The notes under the pieces were generated by a model. That model did not search any database, was not told where the DNA came from, and worked only from the letters and a program-made list of their open reading frames with translations. Shown here piece after piece: positions 30,146 through 42,822 of a stretch of DNA of 64,000 nucleotides. Position 1 is the stretch's first letter. Every line of letters starts with the position of its first letter. The translations under genes and the position numbers were made by a program. The stretch comes from Penicillus capitatus. Its lineage: Eukaryota > Plantae > Chlorophyta. Location of the stretch: positions 310,001 through 374,000 of the forward strand of contig OZ287712.1 in NCBI GenBank assembly GCA_965649825.1, given 5' to 3'.

Positions 30146-33090
30146 TTGTCAATGGACCATGAGCATAATCGTAAAGGAGTTAGTTGGCTATCTAAAAAAC
30201 ACCGACAGAAACTCGCGGCGTCATTTCTCGGTGCTGCGCCCCTCTCGGATGATGTGACCTTTCGACTGCAATGGCTCCAAAACATACTGCTCAAGCATCT
30301 TCGGTGTCTAGTACGGCAAAGGCGACGACGCTTGTCGCAGATACGGTTTGACGACGCCGTAGTTGTTGCGCTACCGGTGGGCCAACATCAAGGTGCTATG
30401 TCGAGCCGCTTTTCTACTGATCCGTGGCTCGTCGATGCCTATCGGGCGTCGTGCACGCAAAAAGGTGCGACCACAGACGCGACAAACGAACGGGTTGTTC
30501 CGTTTCGAACAGGTCGCTTGCCGAAGAGATGGCTCGAGGAGCGACTGTTACAGATTCCACGACACCTTCGCGCCTTATCTCTCAGACTGACGCCGCAAGA
30601 GAGCGACGCCGCGCTTTCCCCGATCGAAATGCTCGCCATGATTTCCATCCTCTTTCGTCGCGAGCGCGCTCCAAATGATCGTCCACCTGAGATCCGGAAT
30701 CTCCAGACAGCGCTGCCACTGGCCGCAGCAATGACCGACAAACGACGTCGCGCGCCTTTCGTCATCCCCGGAATGCAGAAGAAGGCGGAGATCTCCTGCA
30801 GCAGCCCAACCGATCGACCAATCCCGATGCAGTCTCTGGAGATTGGCGGACCGGGAGTGACCACTGCCGTCGTGGAGGAATTGCTGTTCAGATGCATGGA
30901 GTTAAGTCAAGACTGCCAACTGAGAGATCTCGTCATCACCTACGTCCCAGAGTGGCCTACCAAACAAGGTACCCATCCACCTGGCGGTCGGACTGTCGAG
31001 GGGATCGCTCTCGTGATGGGGCAATGTCCAGATGTGGTGTCGTGTCTGTCATTGTGCGGACCGCTGAGGCGATCACTGAGGCGATTGGTGGTTGTGAACT
31101 GTCCGTCGTTTCGGATCACGTGCGAGTATGCGTGGGCGTTGTTCTTCGGCACGACGCCTCTTGAGCATCTCACTCTTCGCAACACAGGTGAATGCATGCC
31201 AGATGTGACAACACACATCTGCCTCTCCTGTCAGGCCTGGATGTGCATCAGCTGGCGACGCTCTGCGAGATCCTCTGCGACAACGAGACCCCGCAAGATC
31301 ACATGAGAGTCCTGAAATTGACGGCGACTGAGGCCGGACGCCCAACGGACGATGCGGCAGATCCGCTGTCGGACATAGAGTTTGTACACGTCAAACGATG
31401 TCTGTCAAAGCTGAGGAGGCTCGAATGCTTCGAAATGGATCGCCTCTGTCGAGGTCAGGAACTGGAACTGCAGCAAGTAGAGCCTGCCGCCGACCCCGTT
31501 CTCTCCCGGATGCTTGCTGTCTCGTAGGAATGGTCTGCCCTCCACGGAACGGCGCCTTCGGTCGAGATTCCTCTCTTCGTTGGGACGGTTCGGCTCTCAC
31601 GATCCAATAGGTCCGCCTGCTGCAGCACGTGACCTCAAAACGTCCAGTTCTGCCGTCAGGGTGGCGGCGGATGTGTTGGAAAAGGATATCGACTTCGAGA
31701 CCCTTCCAGACCTCCAGACAATGTTGCCCGCCCAGCCTCCGTGCCCTGCTCTCTCTTCATGTAAGCATAGCACGGCAGATCGCGCTCGGGAAATGAGTGA
31801 ATGCGTTTAGATCGAACTTTTCGTGTGAACAAGACGTCGGCGACGACCAGGTCGGGTGCTGCGTCTTTTCAGATTCAGAAGCCCTTGCTGGGAAGAAAAC
31901 TGCGGCAGAGGACACTCCTGGAGGACCAAAGAGCGGCCAACGGCCGAAGAGGGGATGCAGAGACTGCGTTGTCTATCGCCGAGAAGCTCTGGAAGCGGTT
32001 TCAGCCGCCAGCACAATCGCTGCGCGCCTTGTCCGATCCACATTCGATTTCTACCGATTCGCCGAGATTTCCCAAAAAACGAGATCGGCAAAGAGATGGT
32101 CTCTTCGGTCGCACGCGGCAGAGATCCAAGCCACTGGAGTGTTACTTTCATTCGCTTGACGGCGACATCGAGGAGGAGACAGATGGGCAAAGCAGCCCTT
32201 CCTTGGATGACGATGCGGAACCGAGAAAGGGACCCAAGTTCAAACGCGTCTACTCGCCTAATCCGACGCAGATCGATCCAGCGATGATGGCATCGACGTC
32301 GCAGCGCTCACCGGCGGTGCCCCGAGGCAGAGGTGCCAGAGAGAGGTTTGTCTGCGAGGATGTCTTGGACAGGGACGACGACGACCTGGACTTGGAAAAC
32401 GAGAAGCTCTACGGTCCACCTCCCGGAGGCCGAACCGTCGAACTGCAAGGAATGGAGAAGGATGCCGGTACAGTGCCCTCTCGCTTGGACCGGGATCGTT
32501 TATGTGGGTTTGCGTCAGATCTCATGGGGTACTTCTCGGATGGATTCATCCGTCCGGATGACGAACTCGTCTACACGACCAGCGCCTCAGACGAGGTACA
32601 CTCTGACTCCTGGGTCAGTAAGATGACAGCCTTTCTGGTTCAGGAGATCGAACAAGATCTGGAGGTTCTGTGCCGAAGAGGTCGTCGGATGATTACCCTG
32701 GCACCCAGCAACTCGGAATCGAGCTCTCCTTCCGAGGACGGGGTGGGAGAAGTGAGCGAGATGCACGTGGCAGAGGAGACGATTCTGGTGAAGTGTGATG
32801 GAAAAGTGGACAGGAAGGATGATGACAGCGGACAGCGATCATCTCGCAAGCAGATCAGCCTCAGCGCTCTGGAGAAAGAGCTCAAGGAACTCGAACCGTT
32901 CTACTACGACAGAAACAGGCAAAAGTACAAACCAGGGCAGTTCTTCGAACTCGAAGCGCAGTCAAACCACACGCAAGGCGTCACCCTACGAAGCGGTCGA
33001 CACGTTGTGCATTCGGACGCAGCTTCAGAAGGGCATCTAGCTTCGACCCAAGACCCTGTGCAGTGTACACACCCATCGAGTGACGAATAG
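30146..33090 (+). CDS. Hypothetical multi-exon protein with an RNI-like/LRR-type middle and an acidic low-complexity C-terminus
   Basis: ORFs 30146-31306, 31192-31527 and 31801-33090 join through plausible ~50-nt GT-AG introns. LRR-like strands: SLEIGGPGV, LRDLVITYV, LRRLVVVNC, LEHLTLRNT. Confidence 0.55.
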
Positions 33091-33655
33091 ATTGTCTCAG
33101 GTTTAGGAGGACGCACTAGAGCGGAGTGTGGAGAGGCCTGGTCACGAGATGGCAGATCGGCAGCGAGAGGAGACTCCGATTCTGCAATGGTCTGAATTCT
33201 TGGTGCCGAGTGTCGGTGGCGTCAGCAACGAAGGTGCGTGGTGCCAATCTGTCCGGCTTTTCTGTTGCATTGAGATGTGTCTGCATTTCTAGAGCGGCAG
33301 CATGATCGTGAGAAGAAGGAGAAGCCATCTCCTGTGCCAGCGCAGCGCCGTCGAGGACCGAGAGAACTTCAACAGCTACAGTTCTGGTCGTGGGATCAGT
33401 TAAGACACTCAATGGCACGTCTTTGGAGAAGACACGTGTGTTTGTTTAGGCGTTTTGAGGAATTCCCACCGAATGAACGCATGTACTTCAGCCGATCGAC
33501 CCGGCGAACGGCGAAAAACGCAAGATCGGATGTGCCAGAAGCCCGTCATTAGAGTCTCGAGTTCATCACAGCTACCCATCCATCCACCCTCTTCCGTTAT
33601 CCGAATAACCGGCAAACACGTGACGCGTGCTAGGGCCTCTGTGCCAGACCGTTTG

Positions 33656-35734
33656 TCAAGACGATAACGCTTCTTGGTCGTTTGATGGGACGGGCATTCC
33701 TGTAAAGAGCTCGAACTGTCTCCGAGCTTGTTGCACGAACATGCCAAGGCCGCTGGCGCTGCAGCATCCCACTTCAGCCGCTTCTCTCAGCAGTCTGGTC
33801 TCCCGTGGTGTATAGACAGCGTCGAATACGAGCTTGAAGTTCTTTAGGGCGTCCTGGGGAACGGCAGTGGTATCTTCATTCGGCTCCATCCCCAGAGACG
33901 TCCCGTTTGCCAACACATCGGCCTTGATCTTGCCGCTCTGTAGATCTTCCATCGATGCCACACTACCGTTAGGTATACTGTCTGCCAGATGCTGTGCTTT
34001 TTCGAAAGTTCTGTTACACACCGTCACATATGCTCCTCTGCGAAAAAGTCAAGTATAAGGGACGACAGATCGGAGGAGCTGATGCATCGAAACCTCAGGG
34101 ACCCGCCGAAGGCCAAGGCTTTGGAAACACCGCCGGCTCCAACAACGACCATTGTCTTGCCCTCTAGCGTCCCGTTCTGTGCATCCATTTCCTCCAACCC
34201 GTCCTCTATGATATCCATCGCTGCCAAGCAGTCCGTGTTCCATGCTGCAGACATCCATCGCTGTCGGAACACAAGAGATCAGGAGTGCGTGCGACCATCG
34301 AATGTTCCGTCATCCTGTCGGATGAGCGTGTTGCAGGCGCCTGTTCCGGCAGCCACTTCATCCAGCTTATGCGCCGCTTTGAACGCCGATTCCTGCACAG
34401 GATGCCTTCCTCTTGCATCTAAGGCTGAATGGCGGCGTCACTTTGTGAGGAACGGTCACACTGTACCCAGCGAATTCGGGATCGGCATGAAAGGTTTCCA
34501 CAAAATGCCCAAAATCGTCGACCAACAGAGGGAGATAGACCGCATCGTATCCTGCCAGTTTGTCAAAGAGATGGTTGAGAGGCGCGTAGATCGGCAGGAC
34601 CTGTCGCTTCAAAGCATCTGTTGTGGTAGAGTGGACCTTTGCTGTGGGCAATTGGCTTGCCGATCACGCCATAGATCTTTGTCGACGGTTTGATGTGGTG
34701 CACACGATACATCCTCCTCAACGATTCGATCGTCGGTTGACCGGGAGCGCTCTCGTGGCCAGAACTCAAAGCGCCAAAGGTCAAGAACCCGCCATACTTA
34801 GGCGCCAGGACGCGCGTCATCAGACCCCTTTCGCCCATGCCGATAACAATCGCCGGCTCTGTTCCGATGCGCTCACAGAGAACCCGCCATCCTTGCTGAA
34901 AACAATACACCTACCTGTTTGTCGCTTGAGGACCGTGAGCAGTCGATGGCACTCCGTGATGTCGCACACCGTCGTCGCCACCTTGGCGATGTCGGCTCCC
35001 GCGTCCCTCATGCGCTGCAGCAGCGTCATCAGCTCCTCCAAACTCGGCGTCGATTCGAAATCGTGGTGCGAGAAGATGAACGCCGTGTTCGTTGTTCGAT
35101 TCGGATCGGCGGAGAAAAACGCGTCGGCCGCCTTGAATTCGATATCGACGAAGGGCGCCCCCATCTCGGCGGCTGCTCTCAGTGTCGACAGCCGCTTTTC
35201 CTCATCTCCATCATATCGACCACTAACCCAAGACCTCGACCAAACTCGCCTTCCGTTCGGGCCTTACCCTTCCCACGTCGGACGATAGGTGACGATGAAC
35301 GGGATATCGACATCCCTCAAGAGGCTCTTGAGATCCTGCGGCGGCTGAAACTCCTCCAGGAAATCGAGGCGGAATTCCACACAGTCGGCTCCCAGCTGCT
35401 TCGCTCTGTTCAACTGGCGTCGCGCTTCGTCCACCGTCGTCGCAGTAATGCTTGTGCAGATACCTCCTTCAAACGGACGCTTTCCTTCGATCGTGGTCGC
35501 CGTCTGGATTCGTGTGTTCTCCGACGCCCTCTTCGCCCGCACCATCAATCGCTTTGCAAACACCGACGATCGTTTTCCGATCTCCTCGACACTTTTGCCC
35601 CGGCGCCGCGTCTGGACCGTCCACCTGAACTCGACTGCTCCTCTCGTTCGTCGCCGCACGTGGGATCCCGGAAAACGACAGACCGGTGCAAGCAAGGCGC
35701 ACCGTGTCGTACGCGTGATTCTTGGTTCAAACAT
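33656..35734 (-). CDS. DHQ-SDH: Bifunctional 3-dehydroquinate dehydratase/shikimate dehydrogenase, plastid-targeted
   Basis: Arg/Ser-rich transit peptide; ADCVEFRLDFL; IFSHHDF; ADIAKVAT; IGMGERGLMTRVLAPKYGGFLTFG; APGQP; YGVIGKPIAHSKGPLYHN; SVTVPHK; NTD; VVVGAGG; ANGTSLGM; FDAVYTP; GLGMFVQQARRQFELFTG. Confidence 0.96.
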
Positions 35735-35778
35735 GCGGACGATGGTGGATGAGTGGTGGGATTTCACTTAGAAAAGAA

Positions 35779-36228
35779 ATGCAAACGCGAATGCGATCGA
35801 CGATGCATCCGCCTCCTTCCGCGAGTCCATCCAGACAGAGTCGTCTTCTATTCGACATCGTGTGGCATCGATGCTCTTCATCTTGTGATCCCAACAGCAA
35901 CGTGCCCAGCGTCAAAGATACGAGACGGTTGGGAGTGATAGCCGCTACGAATAGAAAACGAGAGGAAGGCGATTCAGTGGGCCACAAAGCGCGTATTCGA
36001 CAGGAGAAGGCGCAACGCTAGAAAGAGAAGAAGAAGGTCCGCCGCCACGCCGAACGCCATGTCCTCCAGGCTGATGCGGTACTCGTGGTGTGGCAGCGTC
36101 GAAAATTCGCGGTCAAGATAAGATATCCTGCCCGACAGCACTTGGCAAACGCACGCAAGAGATACAAGGGCCAATTTATCAGCAATAAAGTGACGGTGGA
36201 GGACACAACGGGGAGCTCTCAGGCATGA
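35779..36228 (+). pseudogene. CCT-domain protein gene with an in-frame TAG inside the CCT motif
   Basis: RQEKAQR*KEKKK, intron 36037-36096, then RRKFAVKIRYPARQHLANARKRYKGQF matches the CCT consensus. TAG at 36019-36021 replaces the conserved Tyr. Confidence 0.7.
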
Positions 36229-37025
36229 ATGATGATCTCTTGTCGCCGTACCGGGCACAACCTTCCCCTCGCAGCTTCTCTCCCTTAGCCCTAACTGAGC
36301 AAGAGACTTCTTTGGTTTTGCAATGCATTCTTCGCCTCTGTTTTCCGCAGCCAATTGCAATGTACGTATCTTTCTTGCCTCAGCTCCTAGTCGTCAGTCA
36401 TACTATACTTGTGTCTTTAATTTCTAACGCAGACTTCGAATGCTGACGCTGATCCTGTTAAGAGCCTTGCATTTCATGGCTGAGCAGAGTACGTATCCGC
36501 GTCTGAGACACTCTTGACAACATATATTCTTTGTGTACGACGCATGGCACTCCGTGACAAAAACGACGGAATTGGTGGCTCGAACTCGTCATCGTCGTCA
36601 ATACTGACGAGAGCGGCCAAAAGCAGTTCCCTTCGTTCTTCCCAAAACTCGGTGGCGCTCTGCAAGACTCAGCGAATTTCGTCGGCGTATGGAGGCCGCA
36701 ATCATCTTCCTTTTCCTTATGCGCCATGTCGTAGCGCAAAACGTTCACATGAAAAAGCTTCTCACGGACGAGACCCTGTATGTGCACGACCGTGCGTCTA
36801 TAGGGTGTTCACAGACGTCGCGTTCGGTATCGGACCCTGAACAGCATACGTGTGTTCTTCTTGTGGTGCGATCAGCCGACCGGTTTATCGCTAATCAAAT
36901 TCGGCGTTTTTGAATGACTTCGACAACCAGTGAATGCATGTCGATCGAAATAGGGACACAACTCAAATCGCATGCGTGTTTGCACGAAACTGATTGACTA
37001 AGCAACGGTCATCGAACAGTTCGTT

Positions 37026-38620
37026 GCTTCGTTTCTGGCCAACCTTGCCGAAATGTTGTAAATTGTAACACAAGGTGTCCATTTACGCGTGTCATTAAGA
37101 AACGTACGTAGATTGTTCGGCAGAAGACAGTTGCGCCGCAGTCCTTCATGGCTGAAAACGCCGTCAACGAATTCTCTCAGCAGGTGGTTTCGGAATGGAG
37201 AGCGAACCACCTCAGCGAAAGCCTCATCTTCTCCCCACTCTCCATCGCCATGTGCTTTCTGCTCGTCTATCATGGCGCTGCCGGGAAGACCAAGTTAGAA
37301 ATCGAGGACCTCTTCGGATTTGACGTACGCTTTCCGTTATACAGCAACGACGTCTTCATGATTATGCGTTTAGGACAAGCGCGAGAAGCGTCGCCTTTCA
37401 GACAAGATGGACGACTACAGCAGACACTCCGCCGCCAAGATGGCAAATCGCGTGTACGTGGAAGAGGAGTTGAAAATCAAAAATCGCTTTGTCCGGGACG
37501 TCGGTCGTGACAACCTCGAGCACGTCGATTTCGTTCACGGATACGATGCCGTTGGACGCGACATCAATGCATGGGTGGCAGAAAAAACGGAGGGGATGAT
37601 TCCAGAGATCATTTCACCTGGCGTACTTGATGCTAACACGGCCTTGGTGGCTGTCAACGCCCTCTACTTCAAGGACAAGTGGCAGACACAATTCTCCCCA
37701 CAGGACACTGCCGACGGCATCTTTCACGGGGTTGGTGGAGACCAGACCGTGCCTTTCATGATGCTTCGCCACAAGGAAATCCTTCTAAAAAGGGTTTGGG
37801 CATTGGACAGTATGCTTTTCAAACTGCCGTACGACGGAGGCGAGTTTTCGATGTACGTGTTGTTACCCGACAAGAAAGATGGATGGAAGAAAGCGGAGAA
37901 GAACCTTGCATCCGAGATAGATTCTCTCTTCCGGGGTGGATTCTATTCAAGCTTCGTGGGGATGTTCAAAATCCCCAAGTGGGAATTGGAGCTGTCGCTC
38001 GAAGGACTGGAAGAAATTCTGCACAGTCTGGGATTGACTACCGCGTTCGGCGAAGATGCAAACTTCACAGGCATCATAGACTATCCTCCCCTTGCCATAT
38101 CGAATGTTCTTCACAAGGCCAAGATCGTTGTGGATGAAGAGGTGGGTATGAGAGTTGACTATTCTTTGCTTCTAATGGCGTGTGTCGTTGAAGGGCACAA
38201 AAGCGGCAGCGTCAACAGGGTTACGCGCTGTACCGCTGACGATGCCGCCTGACTACTATGTGGATCGCCCCTTTATCTACTTTATCGTCGACGAGAAGGA
38301 TGCGACGATTCTCTTCCAAGGGACACAGACCCGCTTCCCGACAACACAGACCAGTATCCCGAAAACACGTGTTGGTCGAAGGAAAAGGCACAGAAGAAGA
38401 GTCCATCCGCCAACATCTCCGCCGTTTGTTCCAGTTTTCTAAATTCTGCCGCTGTCTCTCAGTAAGACAGATCGCATAGATGAGTGACTGACTCTCTATT
38501 CGGAGGTCGAACTCTCGGGAAACATCAGATTGAGGAATGAACGTCTGGCAAACCTGTTTGGTATCGTTGCCCGTTGAACGAACAGCCGAATGATGCTTGT
38601 GTCAAGTCATCTTTGTCTTG
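37026..38620 (+). repeat. About 1.6 kb inverted segmental duplication (partner about 62315-63906)
   Basis: Promoter-side sequence, exons, introns and 3' flank all align to the reverse complement of 62315-63906. Boundaries are approximate. Confidence 0.9.
37148..38442 (+). CDS. Inhibitory-type serpin, paralog A (predicted P1 Leu)
   Basis: SLIFSPLSI, INAWVAEKTEGMI, VNALYFKDKW, SMYVLLPD, IPKWEL, NVLHKAKIVVDEE|GTKAAASTG, YYVDRPFIYFI. Introns 37325-37373 and 38142-38193. Confidence 0.93.
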
Positions 38621-39727
38621 TACGTGACGCTTAACGAATCAAGACGTCCAGTACATCTTTTCTCTTTGTTCGAATCAAACAAGAGTCTTAAAAAAATGAT
38701 ACTACTCAAGGGAGAATGTCGACTGTTTCAGTTCGGCTTGTCGAAGAAGGAATTTCACCATCGAGACGGCAGAAAGAAACGCAATGCATTCACAGATTTG
38801 CTTCGCGATTGGAGACGAGCGTCTGGCGTCGTCGCAGAGAATCGAACCGCTGAAGAGATAGCGACTTTCTTAACGATAATGGGAACAGGCGAATGCAATT
38901 CGACACTTCGAGAGAGGACTCGTCTTCGTATCGAACAATCTTTACAAAAACGTATGCCAACGATCGTTATCCCTTCTCTTTCTCGTGGTCGGGTACCCTA
39001 TCTGTAACGTAGCGTACTTTGCGGGTTCGTTGTATTTAAACGGAGTCGACTTCTTAGTCTCTGATAGACGCATTTGGCCTGCAGGACGCTTTTCGTTTGT
39101 GTATGAGCCGCCATCGACGCAAAAGCGGCAGGACTCTAAGAGAATCTGACACTTTGAGACGGTGAGTTGTTGAAGGAGTGTCTTCTAGGTCGGACAAAGG
39201 ACCGATTCAGCTCATTAACGAAGTCTCCGCTTTCGCATTCCCTCGTCAGAAGACGGAAATGTTTACGCCTGGTACGACGCGTTTGACAAGACTTGTGACA
39301 TAAAGCTGCTAACCGCAGAACGACACGCTTCTTTACGTCACATCCCTTCGCACACGTGGCAGATGGCTGGTCGTCCGGCGTTGTAAGTTTGAAGGAAAAA
39401 GGCGGACGGGGACAGTTTTACGTTGTGAACTTCTCTTTCCATTCGCCGGCATCGGTATTCGGATCTCAAATTCGTGCAAGTTTTGTTTCGGTCGAGCTTC
39501 TGCTTGTCGCTTTTGAAGTTCTGCGTCCCGCATCGTCGAGGACTGAGTCGGTAAATGGCATTACCGCAAATACATTACGCATACGAACTGCGAAGAGGTT
39601 CGCCGTCGTCCAATGAACAGGACTCCCATGTAATACACGTACAGGTGAGAGAAACTAGTTATACAGCCAGAGAGACAATCTTTGGCAGTTCTCGGGAGAA
39701 AAAGCAACAAGTCTAACGTTTCCGCCT

Positions 39728-40429
39728 ATGCGCACGAATGGAAGAATCGTTCTCTGCGGGACAAGTGAAATCGTGAAGGAAATCCATGACTGCATAGTGA
39801 AGGTGACGATCGAGGGGCTTGAGCTTCCAGAAGAGGTGGGATATGCATTGAAAAAGAATATGGACGAAGCAGCAGATAAAGACAGACTAATACAAGAGCT
39901 GACAGAACGCTTAAAAGCATTAAGAGAGTTGTTGGAGATGCTGAGAAAGCGAGATCGGACTGAGAGATGTCAGGAACTAACCTCTCAGCTAAACGATACG
40001 AAGGAAACGTTTTGCACTTCGTCAGTAAAGTACGAGGAATTGACATCAAACTTTAAAGAGCTGGAGGAAGCACTTGTAACGCAGATGCAGCAGCACTTCG
40101 CACAGGAAGCCAGATGGAAAGAACAACTCGAAGATATGCAAGATGACGCGAAAAGGGCAGCGATGGAATTGCAAGAAAAAGGTAAAAACATGTCCAAACT
40201 GCAGAACGAACTCTCTGAATGCCAAAGCGTTATCTACCTCCGCGACGAAGAGATCCGTGTCCTCGAACACGCGCTGCAGATTCGCCGAATCCGTACGTCA
40301 GTCAGTGCCTCGCGTCATACGCTGTTCGCATGCAGCGATCAATGCGACCTGGACCTCAGCCGATTCGAACAAAACCAAATAACAACGCATATCCTTAAAG
40401 TCCATGGCGTCGTCTTCGTTAACGCATAG
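39728..40429 (+). CDS. Hypothetical coiled-coil protein
   Basis: 233-aa ORF rich in E/L/K/Q heptads (LIQELTERLKALRELLEML; KYEELTSNFKELEEAL). No family recognised. Confidence 0.5.
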   Translation: MRTNGRIVLCGTSEIVKEIHDCIVKVTIEGLELPEEVGYALKKNMDEAADKDRLIQELTERLKALRELLEMLRKRDRTERCQELTSQLNDTKETFCTSSVKYEELTSNFKELEEALVTQMQQHFAQEARWKEQLEDMQDDAKRAAMELQEKGKNMSKLQNELSECQSVIYLRDEEIRVLEHALQIRRIRTSVSASRHTLFACSDQCDLDLSRFEQNQITTHILKVHGVVFVNA

Positions 40430-40634
40430 CGTCTTCACGGCCCTTTTCGTTTTGAAAACACGCAATCGGGTCATTGGGTCCGTGGACGAGATGGTTAAAT
40501 GGCATTCCATACGTCGGCTGTATAAACAGAGCTATCCCCTACAGACGGTGCTTATTGCACGGCACGTTGCCACAGCCTTCATTTCTGACGGACTCTTTAC
40601 CCGAAGCCTTTTTTCACTTCTCCGCAACGAAACG

Positions 40635-40880
40635 ATGATACTCGAGGCCATCAATTTTCTCTTCTTTCTCCTCAGCGTTGCCTTCCTCGCCGTGAGCGTC
40701 AGCTCCAGGGTACGAAGGGAGTACGAAATCTTGACAGCTATGGATGGTCATGATATCGAAGACTCCAGCGCCGGCGAATCTTTACTTAGCGTAAGTACTC
40801 GGCAAACGTCCCGTTCTCGCTCCTCAGAAAGGTCAACTGTAGACAAAGACATACGTCTCTTCCTCTACCGATGTCGGTAG
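40635..40880 (+). CDS. Possible small membrane protein (exon structure unresolved)
   Basis: MILEAINFLFFLLSVAFLAVSVSS hydrophobic N-terminus, followed by a strong donor AGC|GTAAGT at about 40791. Confidence 0.25.
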   Translation: MILEAINFLFFLLSVAFLAVSVSSRVRREYEILTAMDGHDIEDSSAGESLLSVSTRQTSRSRSSERSTVDKDIRLFLYRCR

Positions 40881-41442
40881 AAACGGTTACAGCGCGGGTC
40901 GTGTTGGACTGGAGTGTTGCTGAAAGAGAACAAACGTGTCGAAAACGAATGCTGCTCGCACGGAACATCAAGGGGTTTTGGCGGCGGCGGCGGCGGCGGG
41001 TCACCCATAAGGCTCGTGTTGTGACATATTGGTGTATGTACGACAAGACCAGGGTGACGGTAATTCTGATTTTGGAATGAAAATCGGCGAAACGTCCGAC
41101 GCGTTCTTCGTTCGATCGGCTCGGCAGAATCTGCCTTCTGCCTTGGAGATATGTCACGGCGTTCCCTAAGAAACGCAGCCATGGAAAGAGAACGGCAAAA
41201 AGGCCATTGCCACGTCGTCCACACCTCGCTGCGCAATCCCTTTACTCCGATTCGATGCATCCCCGACTAAAGGAGTGAAGGCAAAACATAAGACCGACCG
41301 AAACGGCGGCTTGGACGCGCGAATGGCGTCCTAACGCTTCGGCCTTTGTACACAAGCGAGAGAATACTGTGCGACGTCGTTGCCGAGCGTTGTTGAGTAT
41401 GATGCGACAGGTGCGGTGCGGCAATGGCACTGCTCGCGAGAG

Positions 41443-42288
41443 ATGGAACGATCATTGGCGACCGTCATCATCTCCGTCGCCACCGTGACTGCCGCCACCG
41501 TGGTCTGGCAGTTCTACGATGCCTCGCTCTTCTCCTATCACCCCGTCGCCATGACGACGGGCTACGCACTGCTCATGACCCTGGGTCTACTACAAGCCGT
41601 CTCCGCACGAGATACCATCGCTGAGCAACGCACCGTCGCCCTAAGCAGGCACATGTATCTTCAGCTCGCTGCTGCTGGATGCATTTTTATTGGATTCATT
41701 GCTATCTACTCTAACAAGGTCACTCTTTTGAGATATCTGTCACACATCGCACAAAGGCTTTGCAGATTCGATACGGCAAAGAGCATTTCGCTTCATGGCA
41801 TGCCAAGGTAGCGCGCTATCTCATCGACATCTGCTGTCCGTCTCTTGAGATGTCGTGGATGGAGGTTGGCGTGGGGACAGTGATGTTGAGTGGGTCGACG
41901 GTGCTGCTGGGTATCATGAGCTTCCGTACCTTGGGCCTCTTCGAAATCCTGCCAGCTTTTGTCAAACGTCGCATCAAGACCGTTCACACTCGGGCATGAC
42001 CGCCGCCAATGTCACTCTTCTACGCTTCAGCCATGGTGTGACTGACAGGCAGGGATGCTGACATGGTACGCTGCCGTGCTGGTTATGGTACTGGGCATCC
42101 GCACACCGAAGCAAGACAAAGTCCGCCACGCTCACACTTCTGCCCTCCAGCATCTGCTGAAGAACTAGGGTTTGTGGACTGTTCTATTGCAGTGTTGGTT
42201 AGCCAGTGTCGCCGCCGCGACGGCCTACGTCCTCTTTCGCAGCACCAAGAAGAGACAGAACCATTCCATCCTACCCGAACAGCAGTGA
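41443..42288 (+). CDS. Cytochrome b561 family protein (CYB561D-like)
   Basis: LFSYHPVAMTTG, SRHMYLQ, IYSNK|IRYGKEHFASWHAK and IKTVH give four heme-ligand His positions in a multi-TM protein. Four introns, one GC-AG (41994-42048). Confidence 0.8.
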
Positions 42289-42822
42289 ACACCATTCCGC
42301 TATGAATCATCTACAAAGAGTGATATCCCAGACCATTGTCCACGAACGCCGCCACAAACGCACGCGCTCCGTCAAGCGCCACGCCAGACGGCCGAGACGC
42401 AACGCATCGTGCTGTGCCCTATTGACGGCGCTTTGCACACGCCGCGTCTTGGCGAAGGCCGTTTCGCCAGAAAAGGTCCAGCTGCGTTGTTCGCTTCCCG
42501 TTCGTTACAGCGTCCATGCAGCGCATCCGCCACAGCACGACCCTACATCTCCCATACCATCATGTCAAACGATCTTCCCTGCGTCAGGGCGACGCGATCG
42601 TTCCTACGGTACTGCTGTCCTGACGACCATCGTCCTGCAGAAACCGTCGATGTGTCTCGCCTGCTTCGGAAGAAGTAACGGACGTCATCGACGTCACATG
42701 CATCACGCGTCCCAACGTCGCATCGTCGTCTACGAACACCGTTGCCATTCGTAGCCCGTTGCATGACGTTATAACCCGTTGTTCACTTCTTCATCGCCGA
42801 ACTCTCCATTTCATCCATAGTC

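Noticed and set aside
39052-39140. Imperfect stem-loop as an ncRNA or MITE
   Set aside because: Short, bulged stems with no TSD or recognisable RNA family motif.
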